Origin: a virus
Lineage: Duplodnaviria > Caudoviricetes
IMG/VR virus record: IMGVR_UViG_3300010944_000263
Coordinates: 8,980 to 72,979 of that record
Reading direction: 5' to 3' (one strand)
DNA length: 64,000 nt
Below, in pieces: positions 38,848-47,782 of this stretch. Under the pieces are notes generated by a model, which worked only from the letters and a program-made list of their open reading frames with translations, did no database searches and was not told the origin of the DNA. The translations under genes and the position numbers were made by a program. How positions within the stretch are numbered: the first letter of the stretch is position 1; every line of letters starts with the position of its first letter.

Positions 38848-39858
38848 ATGCCAAAGCAAAAGCAAACCTTACGAGAAGTCTGGACACAATACGGACTTGA
38901 AGAATCGAAGAGCGTCAATTCGAGAAAGCACAACGCGGAAATGGGGCTCCATCTGCGCCGATGGGAATCGCACTTCACCGAAAAGAAGGGATGCCGAATT
39001 AACAAAGTCGACCGCCAGAAGATGGAGGCGTGGCGAAGAGCGTTACTTGATTCAGGATTATCACCACGCACTGCAAACAAGCACTTGGCAACCATCAGAC
39101 GCATACTGATTCTTGCCGAAGACAATAACATCATCCAGCATCGCCCAAAGCTCAAGTCACTTGTCGACAACCTTGGAACGCACAAACTCTATCTTCGAAA
39201 TGAACAGATTGATGCGTTATTCGATGTAGCCGACTCGCTTAGATGGCCGAACGGTCCAGTACCAGCTTCCGACTGGTGGCGATGCGCGATCATCATGTAT
39301 CGGACCTACGGGTTTCGAACGCAAGAGTTGCTAGCCTACGAGTCATCGAAATCACCGCTGACATGGCAATCCGTCACCAAGGAAAAGGAATCGCCGGATC
39401 TCGATTCAAACGAAACCAGCGAGTTTGGGTGGCTTTCCTACGTCCCCCCTAAGACGCGAAAGAAGAAGCCTCGCCCGATCACCGTACCGTTGACCAAGTA
39501 CACTCGCGCCGCTCTGGATGTTATGGAGCTTGCGAAGGAATCGGAATCGAGCCAGCTATTCCCGTCACCGAGAAACCAAGAGCGATTTTTTGAGACGTGG
39601 TACGGTTGGATGGAGGCCGCTGGAGTGAAGCCTAAGAACCCCGAGCTTGTCTTTCAACCGAGGCACCTGCGAAAGACTGCGGCGACCTACCTGAACCAGC
39701 ATCGGGAAGGGCTCGCATCTGCCGTCTGCCGCTGGGGGAAGAGCGCCGAGGCGGATGTAGCCCAAGAACATTACATTGCGAACGACTTGCTGTTACGCGA
39801 GCTGCATAACGTAGAGGTTCCGAAGTCGTTTGAGGCGTTTCTGGGAGCGACCAAGTAG
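38848..39858 (+). CDS. int: Tyrosine recombinase/integrase
   Basis: YRTYGFRTQEL (Arg), PPKTRKK (Lys), RHLRKT (HxxR), QEHY (Tyr); AGGAG SD. Confidence 0.85.
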   Translation: MPKQKQTLREVWTQYGLEESKSVNSRKHNAEMGLHLRRWESHFTEKKGCRINKVDRQKMEAWRRALLDSGLSPRTANKHLATIRRILILAEDNNIIQHRPKLKSLVDNLGTHKLYLRNEQIDALFDVADSLRWPNGPVPASDWWRCAIIMYRTYGFRTQELLAYESSKSPLTWQSVTKEKESPDLDSNETSEFGWLSYVPPKTRKKKPRPITVPLTKYTRAALDVMELAKESESSQLFPSPRNQERFFETWYGWMEAAGVKPKNPELVFQPRHLRKTAATYLNQHREGLASAVCRWGKSAEADVAQEHYIANDLLLRELHNVEVPKSFEAFLGATK

Positions 39859-39899
39859 ACATGCCGTCATCATGACCGCAATTGTTCGTCGCCGTTTTG

Positions 39900-39912
39900 T
39901 GACAAGTTGTCA
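39900..39912. repeat. TGACA-N3-TGTCA palindrome copy 6 (intergenic)
   Basis: TTTTGTGACAAGTTGTCAAAG. Confidence 0.8.
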
Positions 39913-40401
39913 AAGTTCCAAGCACTCCCTGACCCGTCGCTCGTATTCGGCTTCGCAAGCTGCTTTGGCTTCGCCTTCCGATTCAGCCTTCTTGATCAAA
40001 ATACCGTTACACTGTGCCACCCAATGCTGCGCGAACCTTGGCTTCCAAACCGAAAAAACACCAATCGAAGCGTGAGCGTCCATCGATCCTTCAAGACCGC
40101 ACAGTTCCCACACTAGCGGCTTGATCTGCGGCATCGATTCCTTCTGGACTCTTGCGTACTCGCTCAAAGGCATTGTCCAGTCTGGTTGAAAATCTGTGCA
40201 AACAGTATCTGGGATCGGCATCCCAACATCCTGCATGACCTGCTCATGCAAACGCTTGTTTCGCCGATCGAGTTCGTCTGCAATCTCGCGAAGGTGCGAC
40301 GCGGTTAGGTACGTGTTGTTTTCTGTCCAATACACTTCGTACCCGTCTGCACATTTGTTCAACGCTTGCTGCTCATTCAGGCTTTCAATCAATCTGCTCA
40401 T
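39910..40401 (-). CDS. Hypothetical phage protein
   Basis: Start chosen at ATG 40401 with GAGGGG SD. Confidence 0.55.
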   Translation of the reverse strand: MSRLIESLNEQQALNKCADGYEVYWTENNTYLTASHLREIADELDRRNKRLHEQVMQDVGMPIPDTVCTDFQPDWTMPLSEYARVQKESMPQIKPLVWELCGLEGSMDAHASIGVFSVWKPRFAQHWVAQCNGILIKKAESEGEAKAACEAEYERRVRECLEL

Positions 40402-40426
40402 TTTCCCCTCTGCACTTGCGGACGAA

Positions 40427-40678
40427 CTACCGGCACTTGTTACCTGTTCCTTTACATCGACCGCACGGTATACCTGGACCTGTAGACCCAACGAATGCAA
40501 TCCCACCATACCCATCGCACGCAGGGCAGTCACGGTCCTTAATCTCCAGCCATGTTGACCATGCGTCATCTTGCGACATCTCCCCGCTTGCTACCTTTCG
40601 TAACAAATCAGCAAATCGCTCATCAATTGGCTGCTTTTTCTTACCGATTCGCTTGAGGGTTTCTTTCGTCCATGCCAT
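40427..40678 (-). CDS. Small protein with DnaJ-type CxxCxGxG zinc finger
   Basis: CPACDGYGG and CGRCKGTG. Confidence 0.6.
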   Translation of the reverse strand: MAWTKETLKRIGKKKQPIDERFADLLRKVASGEMSQDDAWSTWLEIKDRDCPACDGYGGIAFVGSTGPGIPCGRCKGTGNKCR

Positions 40679-40743
40679 CTTTGAGTCCTTACTGATGCGG
40701 CTAACTAACCGGCACTTGCTGCCTCGATAACAATACGTCGGAC

Positions 40744-41112
40744 TTAATGCCATGCTCCACAAGCGCACGGTCCATCGTCTGAGTCACAACGAATACCGGC
40801 GTTGCTGCCGTAATCGACCGATCCATTTCGGTCTTTTGCCTCGCCCGATTCCCACTCTCGTAATTGATCGCCGAGCCTGTTTAAGGCTTCGCGAAGATTA
40901 TGCGATGACTCTTCGTGCATCAGCAAGCATGGGACGGGAAAGTTACTTTCTAGCCGCGACGCCCTGACCGTATCGGTCGCCAGCTTATCCAGCGTCTCAA
41001 TCCGATCCGCAGCTTCACGAATCACCGACGTTGCAACACCGTCCTCGCAATGAATGTCGTTGGCAAGGATGCGGAGGGCTTTGATTAGCGTGTTTGTGTC
41101 TGTTTGTTTCAT
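40744..41112 (-). CDS. Hypothetical phage protein
   Basis: Overlapped operon; C-terminal Cys cluster. Confidence 0.55.
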   Translation of the reverse strand: MKQTDTNTLIKALRILANDIHCEDGVATSVIREAADRIETLDKLATDTVRASRLESNFPVPCLLMHEESSHNLREALNRLGDQLREWESGEAKDRNGSVDYGSNAGIRCDSDDGPCACGAWH

Positions 41113-41468
41113 ACTATTTCGTGTTTCGCTAACTTTGTTTCGTCAAACGGCTCGCAAGCCCCGTACACGGCGAAGTACTCGCAATCATCGTGAGGCAGTC
41201 CATCATCCAGCTCGAAGCTGCCTTGGCCACCCTTATCTCGTTCGTCGAAGTAACGAGGCATGACCCGAGCAAGCCTCTTGTCATCACGTAGCAACTTACG
41301 AACGTCTTCCCGAGTCCAACCTGCTGATCGGTAGAAACGCAGGCAAAGGTTTGCTTGTACTATTCTGCGACGCACGATGTCCGGCGGATAGTGTTCGCAT
41401 CCAGTCACATAGCCACGCTCGGAGTCGCAGCATAAGGCACCGCAGCGTTCGCAATTAAAGTTACTCAT
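41109..41468 (-). CDS. Hypothetical Cys-rich phage protein
   Basis: CERCGALCCDSERGYVTGCEHYP. Confidence 0.55.
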   Translation of the reverse strand: MSNFNCERCGALCCDSERGYVTGCEHYPPDIVRRRIVQANLCLRFYRSAGWTREDVRKLLRDDKRLARVMPRYFDERDKGGQGSFELDDGLPHDDCEYFAVYGACEPFDETKLAKHEIV

Positions 41469-41472
41469 CGCT

Positions 41473-41706
41473 TTACTTGATCCCCAAGGCGTCTTTGATT
41501 GATCTTTGACACGCACCGAAACCATCTCGATACGCTTTGCGATACACCGCCTCGATCAAGTTGCGTATCTGCGGCGCAATCCTCTCGCCGTTCTCTTTCG
41601 AGAGAGCTTCGATGGGTGTGTACGTGTACCAGCCGTCCACAGTGAACTCGACCCACCATCTTTCGTTTTCTTCCGTAACTCGCGTTTTTATTGCTGGCGT
41701 GCTCAT
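41473..41706 (-). CDS. Hypothetical phage protein
   Basis: ATG 41706 with AAAGGTAG SD. Confidence 0.5.
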   Translation of the reverse strand: MSTPAIKTRVTEENERWWVEFTVDGWYTYTPIEALSKENGERIAPQIRNLIEAVYRKAYRDGFGACQRSIKDALGIK

Positions 41707-41779
41707 CGCTCTACCTTTTTCCTGACGCCGGGAACATGCCGGTTCAACAGCCGCACTACTAAATTGCCATAACTCCACG

Positions 41780-42163
41780 TTATCGTGACGTTCCAATCAG
41801 CAATCCGATGGCATGGTTGACCATCCCGCCTATTGCGTCAATCTCTTCCTCATCGTTTTGCTCGCGGATTGACTTGCGATCCCGCAACTTTCCAAGCCGT
41901 TCTCGCACATCAAACAGCAGGTTGTATGTCCTTAGCTCCCGCTCTGTCTTTGCTTCCGGCTTCGTGTTGCAGAATGGGTCCAACGCGTTCACTAGACCGC
42001 GAACGTCTTTTACATCCAGTAACGCCGAGACTGTTATTCCATCGTGCTCAATCCCGATCCGAACGCCTTCGCGATACGGTTCTCTCATGTTGTCATACTC
42101 TATACACAACAACGATCCATCCAATCCGTCGATTCGCTTAGTCTTTGCTCTGATGATTCGCAC
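41780..42163 (-). CDS. Hypothetical phage protein (127 aa)
   Basis: Protein-like ORF in operon. Confidence 0.55.
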   Translation of the reverse strand: MRIIRAKTKRIDGLDGSLLCIEYDNMREPYREGVRIGIEHDGITVSALLDVKDVRGLVNALDPFCNTKPEAKTERELRTYNLLFDVRERLGKLRDRKSIREQNDEEEIDAIGGMVNHAIGLLIGTSR

Positions 42164-42234
42164 GATAACTCTTCCAATTGCGGCACACTTCGGTGCACCT
42201 GGTTAATCCTTGCGTATACCTGAGCCGCTATGGT

Positions 42235-42852
42235 TCACCTGACCATAGACAGAAGAACGTCCCGAAACTCTGGAGGAGTTACGTTCCTGATCTTCGTTTT
42301 GTTCTTTCCGCCTATCATCGCCATCATGCCGATGCGGCGGGCTTTTTCGTATCCGTAACGCTCTAACGCTACCGGATGCAATCTTTGCTCACACTCGCCC
42401 CATCGAAGCGGTTTTAGCTCCACACCGACTGCATACAGCCACGTCGCTTTCCGGCTCATGTGCCCGTAATGCCCTTGCTCGATATGGCAAGTCATGCCAC
42501 CGAACGAATCAGCCGGAACCCAGCCGCCACGGACTGGAGGAATCGACAACCCAAAGAATTGCCAAGCCTTTGAATGTGCCGGATGCTCCAAAACTCCTCC
42601 ATAATTGCGAACGGAAGTCAATGCCGAGGCAAAGCATCCTCCATCTTCTCCCAATCGAAACTGATGCGGCTTGGCTGTCGATCCATGCCAGAACTTACCC
42701 CATCTCTGGCAGGGCGGATGAGCAATAACCTTATACGGACCACGGTATAGCCTGGCGTCTCGCGCCTCATCCCAAAGATCGACACCTTCAACGTCAGAAT
42801 AAACCCCGTCTGGCTCTACGAACAGAGCTGCGATCATTGGCGTGTCGCTCAT
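42235..42852 (-). CDS. Short C5-cytosine methyltransferase-like protein (paralog A)
   Basis: IAHPPC (motif IV-like) and VLEHP (motif VI-like); no canonical FxGxG. Confidence 0.55.
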   Translation of the reverse strand: MSDTPMIAALFVEPDGVYSDVEGVDLWDEARDARLYRGPYKVIAHPPCQRWGKFWHGSTAKPHQFRLGEDGGCFASALTSVRNYGGVLEHPAHSKAWQFFGLSIPPVRGGWVPADSFGGMTCHIEQGHYGHMSRKATWLYAVGVELKPLRWGECEQRLHPVALERYGYEKARRIGMMAMIGGKNKTKIRNVTPPEFRDVLLSMVR

Positions 42853-43169
42853 GCTCTACCTCCAATTGCGGACGTTTGGTCCGCATCAGTTACAGTTACC
42901 TTCTGGATCACTTCGTCAATTCTGCGTGCTGTGGATATGCAATGGTCGTGCATATTGCCCTTCGATGCCGCGATCATCGCATCAAACATTACGCGAGCCA
43001 GCTTGAGAACGTCTAGCATCTCTGGAGCCGCTGCAATCAATCGTGCGTTCGCTTCCTGTTGTTTTGTGTGTTCCGGAAACCACGCCTTCACGAAAGCAAC
43101 ATGGTAACAATCGCCAGCAATGACTTCACTCTTGCCATCAACAAGTCTCCACGGTCCCGGCGTGTGCAT
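42849..43169 (-). CDS. Conserved phage protein (HTPGPW / ANARLIAAAPE type)
   Basis: Both motifs present. Confidence 0.7.
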   Translation of the reverse strand: MHTPGPWRLVDGKSEVIAGDCYHVAFVKAWFPEHTKQQEANARLIAAAPEMLDVLKLARVMFDAMIAASKGNMHDHCISTARRIDEVIQKVTVTDADQTSAIGGRA

Positions 43170-43526
43170 TTACTTGCCCTCCGATGCTTTCGTTGGGAGC
43201 ACAATCTGACCGGATTCGGTAACAATTACGCTGTCTTCTTCGCTAATCACCATGCCGCGAATTTCTTGAAGCACGCGAGTAGGAATCCTCATGCAGCATT
43301 CGCCGTCGTTCTCAATATCGACTGGACTCATTGCAACTTCGCTAAGCAACAGAACCATCTTGGGATTGTCCGAGATAGCTTTTTGGTTCTTCGCTAACCA
43401 CTCCGTCCATATCGCAATGCGTCTTCGGTAATCGCAAATTTTCGACCACATTCTTTTGATGCGTTCGTCGTCCGATTGCTCGGCAAACTCTTGCATCTCG
43501 ATGATTCCAAACTTTGCTTTGCTCAT
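43170..43526 (-). CDS. Hypothetical protein
   Basis: Abutting/overlapping neighbours. Confidence 0.55.
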   Translation of the reverse strand: MSKAKFGIIEMQEFAEQSDDERIKRMWSKICDYRRRIAIWTEWLAKNQKAISDNPKMVLLLSEVAMSPVDIENDGECCMRIPTRVLQEIRGMVISEEDSVIVTESGQIVLPTKASEGK

Positions 43527-43870
43527 TCTTCATCCGATGCGGCGGTTGGGGCCGCACTTGCTTCTACCATAGAAAACGAAACCGTCTGGTAAAACCATTT
43601 TGGAATCTTGTTTGTCTCGTTCCATTCGCCGACTTCCGACTTCTTGGACAGATACTCTCGAAGAATTGGCGGTATCTGTTCGTCTCTCAACGTAATGATT
43701 GCAGTGCGACGTTCTGCATCTCCCCCAACTTGAATAATCGACTCTACGTCGCAAACTGTGACTGCAATTTGAACCACGATCACTCCCCATTGCGGACTTT
43801 GCCGCGATTCTAAATCCAATGGTACTTTCGAAACGCATCGACCAATTCGATGACGTTCATATGCTGCCAT
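43523..43870 (-). CDS. Hypothetical protein (start uncertain)
   Basis: Operon context. Confidence 0.45.
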   Translation of the reverse strand: MAAYERHRIGRCVSKVPLDLESRQSPQWGVIVVQIAVTVCDVESIIQVGGDAERRTAIITLRDEQIPPILREYLSKKSEVGEWNETNKIPKWFYQTVSFSMVEASAAPTAASDEE

Positions 43871-44061
43871 CGGCGATCTTCCATGATTGCAACAGCTTCA
43901 TCCGGTCCTAAGCCTCCGCGACTCGCTAATGTCTTGAAGTCTTGCCCTCCGTGGTTCTTCAACGCTCGCGGCTCCGACTCGATAGGAAGCAGGACAAACT
44001 TAGGAAACCCGTCTGGCATGTGCCTAGACAGCAAAGGCATTTTGAACTCAGTCAATTTCAT
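43810..44061 (-). CDS. Hypothetical phage protein
   Basis: LASRGGL..EA motif; AAAGGA SD. Confidence 0.55.
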   Translation of the reverse strand: MKLTEFKMPLLSRHMPDGFPKFVLLPIESEPRALKNHGGQDFKTLASRGGLGPDEAVAIMEDRRWQHMNVIELVDAFRKYHWI

Positions 44062-44488
44062 CTTGTCCTTTTTTCAAGAACAGCCTGTCCATCAATCGTG
44101 CCCGTGCGTTTTTCGCTTCCGGAGACTGATCTGGCATCCATTGCAGTCTTGGTGGGTTAGCATCGTACATCGGACCACGGGCGGTTACCTGCGTACCATC
44201 TAGGTCCTCTGCGTGTTCCTCACTGACTCGACGCAAATCATCTAGCCATGCGGGACGTTCTCCGCCCATCAAGAATTCCCGTAATTGCTTGCAACACTGC
44301 ATTCGGTCGCGAACATACAACGCTTCGTCTTGATTTGCTGGACCGTATACATACAGCCAAGGTGCGCTGCAGTTATTCACGTCGGTAACAACCATCGTTC
44401 CGCTTTGGTAGCACTGATGCTCCCACTTCTCTTCGCTAGGACACTTCGGATGAATGCTGCCGCAGTGCTTGCAGTTTAGGCTTGGCAT
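44048..44488 (-). CDS. Hypothetical protein (146 aa)
   Basis: N-terminal CKHC; operon context. Confidence 0.55.
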   Translation of the reverse strand: MPSLNCKHCGSIHPKCPSEEKWEHQCYQSGTMVVTDVNNCSAPWLYVYGPANQDEALYVRDRMQCCKQLREFLMGGERPAWLDDLRRVSEEHAEDLDGTQVTARGPMYDANPPRLQWMPDQSPEAKNARARLMDRLFLKKGQDEID

Positions 44489-44528
44489 TTTTGCATCACT
44501 CCCACTTGCCGCTATCTAGGCCGCACTT

Positions 44529-44906
44529 CTAGCGTCTCTTCACAGTAAGACCGTAACTTCCAAGCATTCCTTGCTTTCGGTAAACTTCCAAAGATCCGCC
44601 TTTTTCCGCAGTCCCCCACGTTGCCGCGTCTACTTTCTCGGAAAATGTCTCTCCCCCTACCTTTACTATCAGAACCCACTCTTCTTCTGAGTAGGTTGTC
44701 ATAACCACTGGACTTGTGGACTTTCCGCCAACCGGAAATCCAACCCCTGTTCCGCTAGAAGCAGGTGAATATACCTTGTCAATCACTACTCCAGATCCGA
44801 CTGTGATTTTTGATGCCGACGCCATGTCGACAATAGAAAAAACACCGAACAAGCAAAGCAGGCATACTCCTACTGCTGCAATCGAAGCCAAGATATTGCT
44901 TCCCAT
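44529..44906 (-). CDS. Membrane-anchored OB-fold-like protein
   Basis: N-terminal TM helix then beta-rich domain; GGGGAG SD. Confidence 0.55.
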   Translation of the reverse strand: MGSNILASIAAVGVCLLCLFGVFSIVDMASASKITVGSGVVIDKVYSPASSGTGVGFPVGGKSTSPVVMTTYSEEEWVLIVKVGGETFSEKVDAATWGTAEKGGSLEVYRKQGMLGSYGLTVKRR

Positions 44907-44918
44907 CAACTCTCCCCT

Positions 44919-45239
44919 TGCGGCTGCTAAACCGGCACTTGTGGTGCATCGAATTGTTAAGGCGTCCGGCGAGGGAACGACCCTCATTCGCCCGTGCTTG
45001 ACTCGGCCTAGGCCTTATCGGGAGGTCAGCCCGAACACGAACAACGCTTCTGCGTCACCACCGGACGTAAATCGCAGTCAAAGCCATCCTGCGTTGGGGA
45101 CTTCGCTTACCTACTAGCAGCCACCACAGCCACTTTCGGTTTCCCTTTCGATGGAGCACTTACGCCCTTTTCCCGCATCGCTCGGTAAGGCTGGTTAAGC
45201 CGATCTTGCTTGTTAAGTGGATAGGACAGGGATCGAACC
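44919..45239 (-). repeat. Inverted repeat B, left copy (non-coding, partner 62954-63274)
   Basis: Reverse complement aligns with 62954-63274 with few substitutions. Confidence 0.9.
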
Positions 45240-45308
45240 TGCTTAACGATGGAAATTTAAGGAGCGACGCATCGTGATTCCTCCACCGACTGACCTTCCA
45301 GCCTATCC
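45218..45308 (-). ncRNA. tRNA-like RNA, short variant
   Basis: Acceptor GGATAGG/CCTATCC, T-arm GCAGG-TTCGATC-CCTGT; no canonical anticodon arm. Confidence 0.45.
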
Positions 45309-45474
45309 ATGTTGGCCGTCTCTCCGACCTGTCACGCAATGTCGCTACTATTTTCCCACAAACCATGCGTTATCGTTGGGTCAATCCTTATGCCGTAGCT
45401 GGCTGGTCCGCGTCTCTCATGGCCACGACGCGGCAAGGTGTAGCGGATTTCTCCGCTGGCCCGCCTGACTCTGT

Positions 45475-45756
45475 ATAGCGGATGGCTACTCCGCACTTGC
45501 TTTCAAATGCTCGCCGAGCCCCATCGCAAAAATGCGCTGTCGCAACACGGTTCGGTAAGACATCATGATGTCAAACTGGACTTCAAGGCGATAACGCTCA
45601 TCACGATCTAGATTGCGAAAAGCCTCCGTCTCGAAAAACAGACCAAGATTTTCTGTGCGATCGCGTAGCTCATTTGCTTCTTCGATGACACGTTGTTGAT
45701 ATGGCAACACTTCCGACATATCCAATCCCTCCCGCACGCGCCGATAAACCAGCCGC
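45475..45756 (-). repeat. Inverted repeat A, left copy (282 bp, partner 62517-62798)
   Basis: Appears identical to the reverse complement of 62517-62798. Confidence 0.95.
45486..45719 (-). CDS. crAss001_48-like small helical protein (copy 1)
   Basis: PYQQRVIEE..EL...F..L...Q...M..Y..VL.QRI pattern. Confidence 0.7.
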   Translation of the reverse strand: MSEVLPYQQRVIEEANELRDRTENLGLFFETEAFRNLDRDERYRLEVQFDIMMSYRTVLRQRIFAMGLGEHLKASAE

Positions 45757-45760
45757 ACTT

Positions 45761-46087
45761 CTAAGTTGTCAAATTTCGGATCGCATCAATCGCAGCGTTC
45801 GCAGAGTCACGCAGCGCGTCGTATTCAACCAAGTTTTCGCACTCAACCTTTCCAGGCTCTTCACCAACAAGCGTTTCTGTGAACGTGCAATCAGCGACCG
45901 CAACGACAGTAGCAATACAGGTAGAAACTGTCTTTGCCTCGTCCTCCCCTGGGCACCCGCAAACGCTCGTCATTCCTCCTGGATGGTGGATTCTCACAAC
46001 CCATTCGTCACCGTGCTCGTCAAAGTGGTACGCCACACGAACACCTTCTAAAATCGAAACTGGACCACTAGATTCGTTGTCGCTCAT
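45761..46087 (-). CDS. Hypothetical protein (108 aa)
   Basis: AGG SD; operon context. Confidence 0.55.
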   Translation of the reverse strand: MSDNESSGPVSILEGVRVAYHFDEHGDEWVVRIHHPGGMTSVCGCPGEDEAKTVSTCIATVVAVADCTFTETLVGEEPGKVECENLVEYDALRDSANAAIDAIRNLTT

Positions 46088-46106
46088 AACTTACCTGCCT
46101 TTGCCT

Positions 46107-46316
46107 CTATTGTTTCCGTTTCTTGGTCCTGCTCTTCCACGCAGCGAACTCCGCTGTACTGAGAACCAATTCATCTACAAACCTCGAAGCGTTCGAGATG
46201 GATCGAAGAAACTCGTAGGCTTCCGGCGAGAACTGAACGTTCTTCGCTTTCCGCTTCGAAGCAGCCTTCATCGGCTTTCGACCTGCACCCTTACGCTTGC
46301 CACCCTTTTTGCTCAT
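46107..46316 (-). CDS. Small DNA-binding protein (GGKRKGAGRKP; RHH-like)
   Basis: AT-hook-like GRKP then a strand-helix-helix segment; AAGGA SD. Confidence 0.6.
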   Translation of the reverse strand: MSKKGGKRKGAGRKPMKAASKRKAKNVQFSPEAYEFLRSISNASRFVDELVLSTAEFAAWKSRTKKRKQ

Positions 46317-46352
46317 GGAGTTCCTTTCGACGAGCGTCGTTCACTCCTGGGT

Positions 46353-46381
46353 ATTCTATCGGCATCTATGATTTAAGGCAA
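46353..46381 (-). promoter_or_regulatory. Sigma70-type promoter of the leftward accessory operon
   Basis: TTGCCT-17 nt-TAGAAT with an A/T-rich upstream tract. Confidence 0.6.
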
Positions 46382-46486
46382 CAGGTTTTTCAAAAGATTT
46401 TCAACCGAGGACAATTGCGGTCGTCTCCGGTGCAGCGTGTTGTTTGTGCCAAGTTGTCAAAGACAAGTGCCGGTGAACAATCCGCA

Positions 46487-47782
46487 CTAGCTGAGTGTCA
46501 ATGTCGTGCTACGAGTCGTACCGTCTGAACCGCGATATTTGACAGTAAGCGTCGTGTTGCTAGTCGCTTCAATCGCTAGCTCTCCATTCGCGCCAAGTGT
46601 GATTGAACTAGCCGGAGTAGAGACAACGTTCCCGTAAAACTTAGCGTGTTTTGTTGATGGATTAAGATCAAGTATTTGGCCCCCCGAACCAAGCCAGTAA
46701 CCACTTACATTGTCGGCGAACCTATAGAGTCCTGCTGACCTATCGAACCCCTGTACAACTCCTACGTTACCTGTAGTTGTAGTCCTAATGCATGCGTCAC
46801 CCCCAGCCAAACCCACGGAAAGCACAAGTTCGGAGTTGGAGTATTGTCCTGAACCGTTGTTAAATACCTCAATTGTCGCAGGTCCGTTGCGTGAAGCAAT
46901 TCCATAGTACATTCTCATAGTGCCGGTGTCTGAACCACCTGCGTTAACTTGCCATACTATCGGATCTGCTCCCGATGTTGTTGCAATTGTGCGACTAGCT
47001 GGTTTTGCGTAGGTTGCTTCCGTAACCTGGTAAGTTGGTGCGGTTACATAAAGCCTATCCAAGTTGTCGATGTACGGAAGATTTACATAGCTGTTTCCCG
47101 CAGCATTAAGCTGTGCGTGAAAATTGTGGTTGTTTAGCCCCCATCTATGTAGCTGGGCCGTTGTGAATGTAACGACATTATCAACCCAATCATACTTAAT
47201 TTTTTGGGTTCCATCGAAAGCATAATTGGCGAAGGTCTGCGTATAGAAGCCTGCACTTGAGCCCGCGTTCTTGTCGTTTTTGTCGACGGGCACGATCATT
47301 GAAAATGATCTATGCGGTGTTCCGTCTACGTGCTGGCCCTCTATGTGCCATTCCATCACGTATGGCCCGGAGTTATTCAGTAAGTACTTGCTTTCAGTAG
47401 AAACGAAAATACTTGGCTCAGCCGTGTTTTGCCTTTCGACGTTATAACCGTATCGATGTACGATGTTTTGATAACCGCCATCCTCGGGAAGGTTGAATTG
47501 GTCTTGAACGAAAGAAAACTCGCGGTTTGCTTCTGGTGCTGGCGTGTTGATCGTGAGCCCTACTACTTCGCCTGACAAGGCATAGTCGAGAAGCAAATCG
47601 TTGACTTCGCTCGGCTTGTAGTGTGCAAACGCAAGCGAGTTCCACGCAGTCGCACCGTCGCCGATCTTGATCTTGCCGTTCGTTTCGTCGTAGCCAAACT
47701 CACCCGACGACAGCACTGGATTCGCAGTGCTCCACGCCGATGCTGTCCCGCGTCGAACTTGTACTTTGCGAATCACGCTCAT
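46487..47782 (-). CDS. Receptor-binding/fibre protein with Mtd/hyaluronidase-type N-terminal module
   Basis: VQVRRGTASAWSTANPVLSSGEFGYDETNGKIKIGDG..AWNSL. Confidence 0.75.
   Translation of the reverse strand: MSVIRKVQVRRGTASAWSTANPVLSSGEFGYDETNGKIKIGDGATAWNSLAFAHYKPSEVNDLLLDYALSGEVVGLTINTPAPEANREFSFVQDQFNLPEDGGYQNIVHRYGYNVERQNTAEPSIFVSTESKYLLNNSGPYVMEWHIEGQHVDGTPHRSFSMIVPVDKNDKNAGSSAGFYTQTFANYAFDGTQKIKYDWVDNVVTFTTAQLHRWGLNNHNFHAQLNAAGNSYVNLPYIDNLDRLYVTAPTYQVTEATYAKPASRTIATTSGADPIVWQVNAGGSDTGTMRMYYGIASRNGPATIEVFNNGSGQYSNSELVLSVGLAGGDACIRTTTTGNVGVVQGFDRSAGLYRFADNVSGYWLGSGGQILDLNPSTKHAKFYGNVVSTPASSITLGANGELAIEATSNTTLTVKYRGSDGTTRSTTLTLS

Larger units (their letters stand above)
38793..46486. mobile_element. 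Putative integrated element (integrase plus accessory operon) bounded by an AATCCGCA direct repeat
   Basis: 8-bp repeat at 38793-38800 and 46479-46486, each abutting a late-operon gene boundary; integrase at the left end. Confidence 0.4.

Noticed and set aside
45218-45308. Canonical tRNA genes at 45.2 and 62.8 kb
   Set aside because: No standard 5-bp anticodon stem with 7-nt loop and no encoded CCA tail; reported only as tRNA-like.
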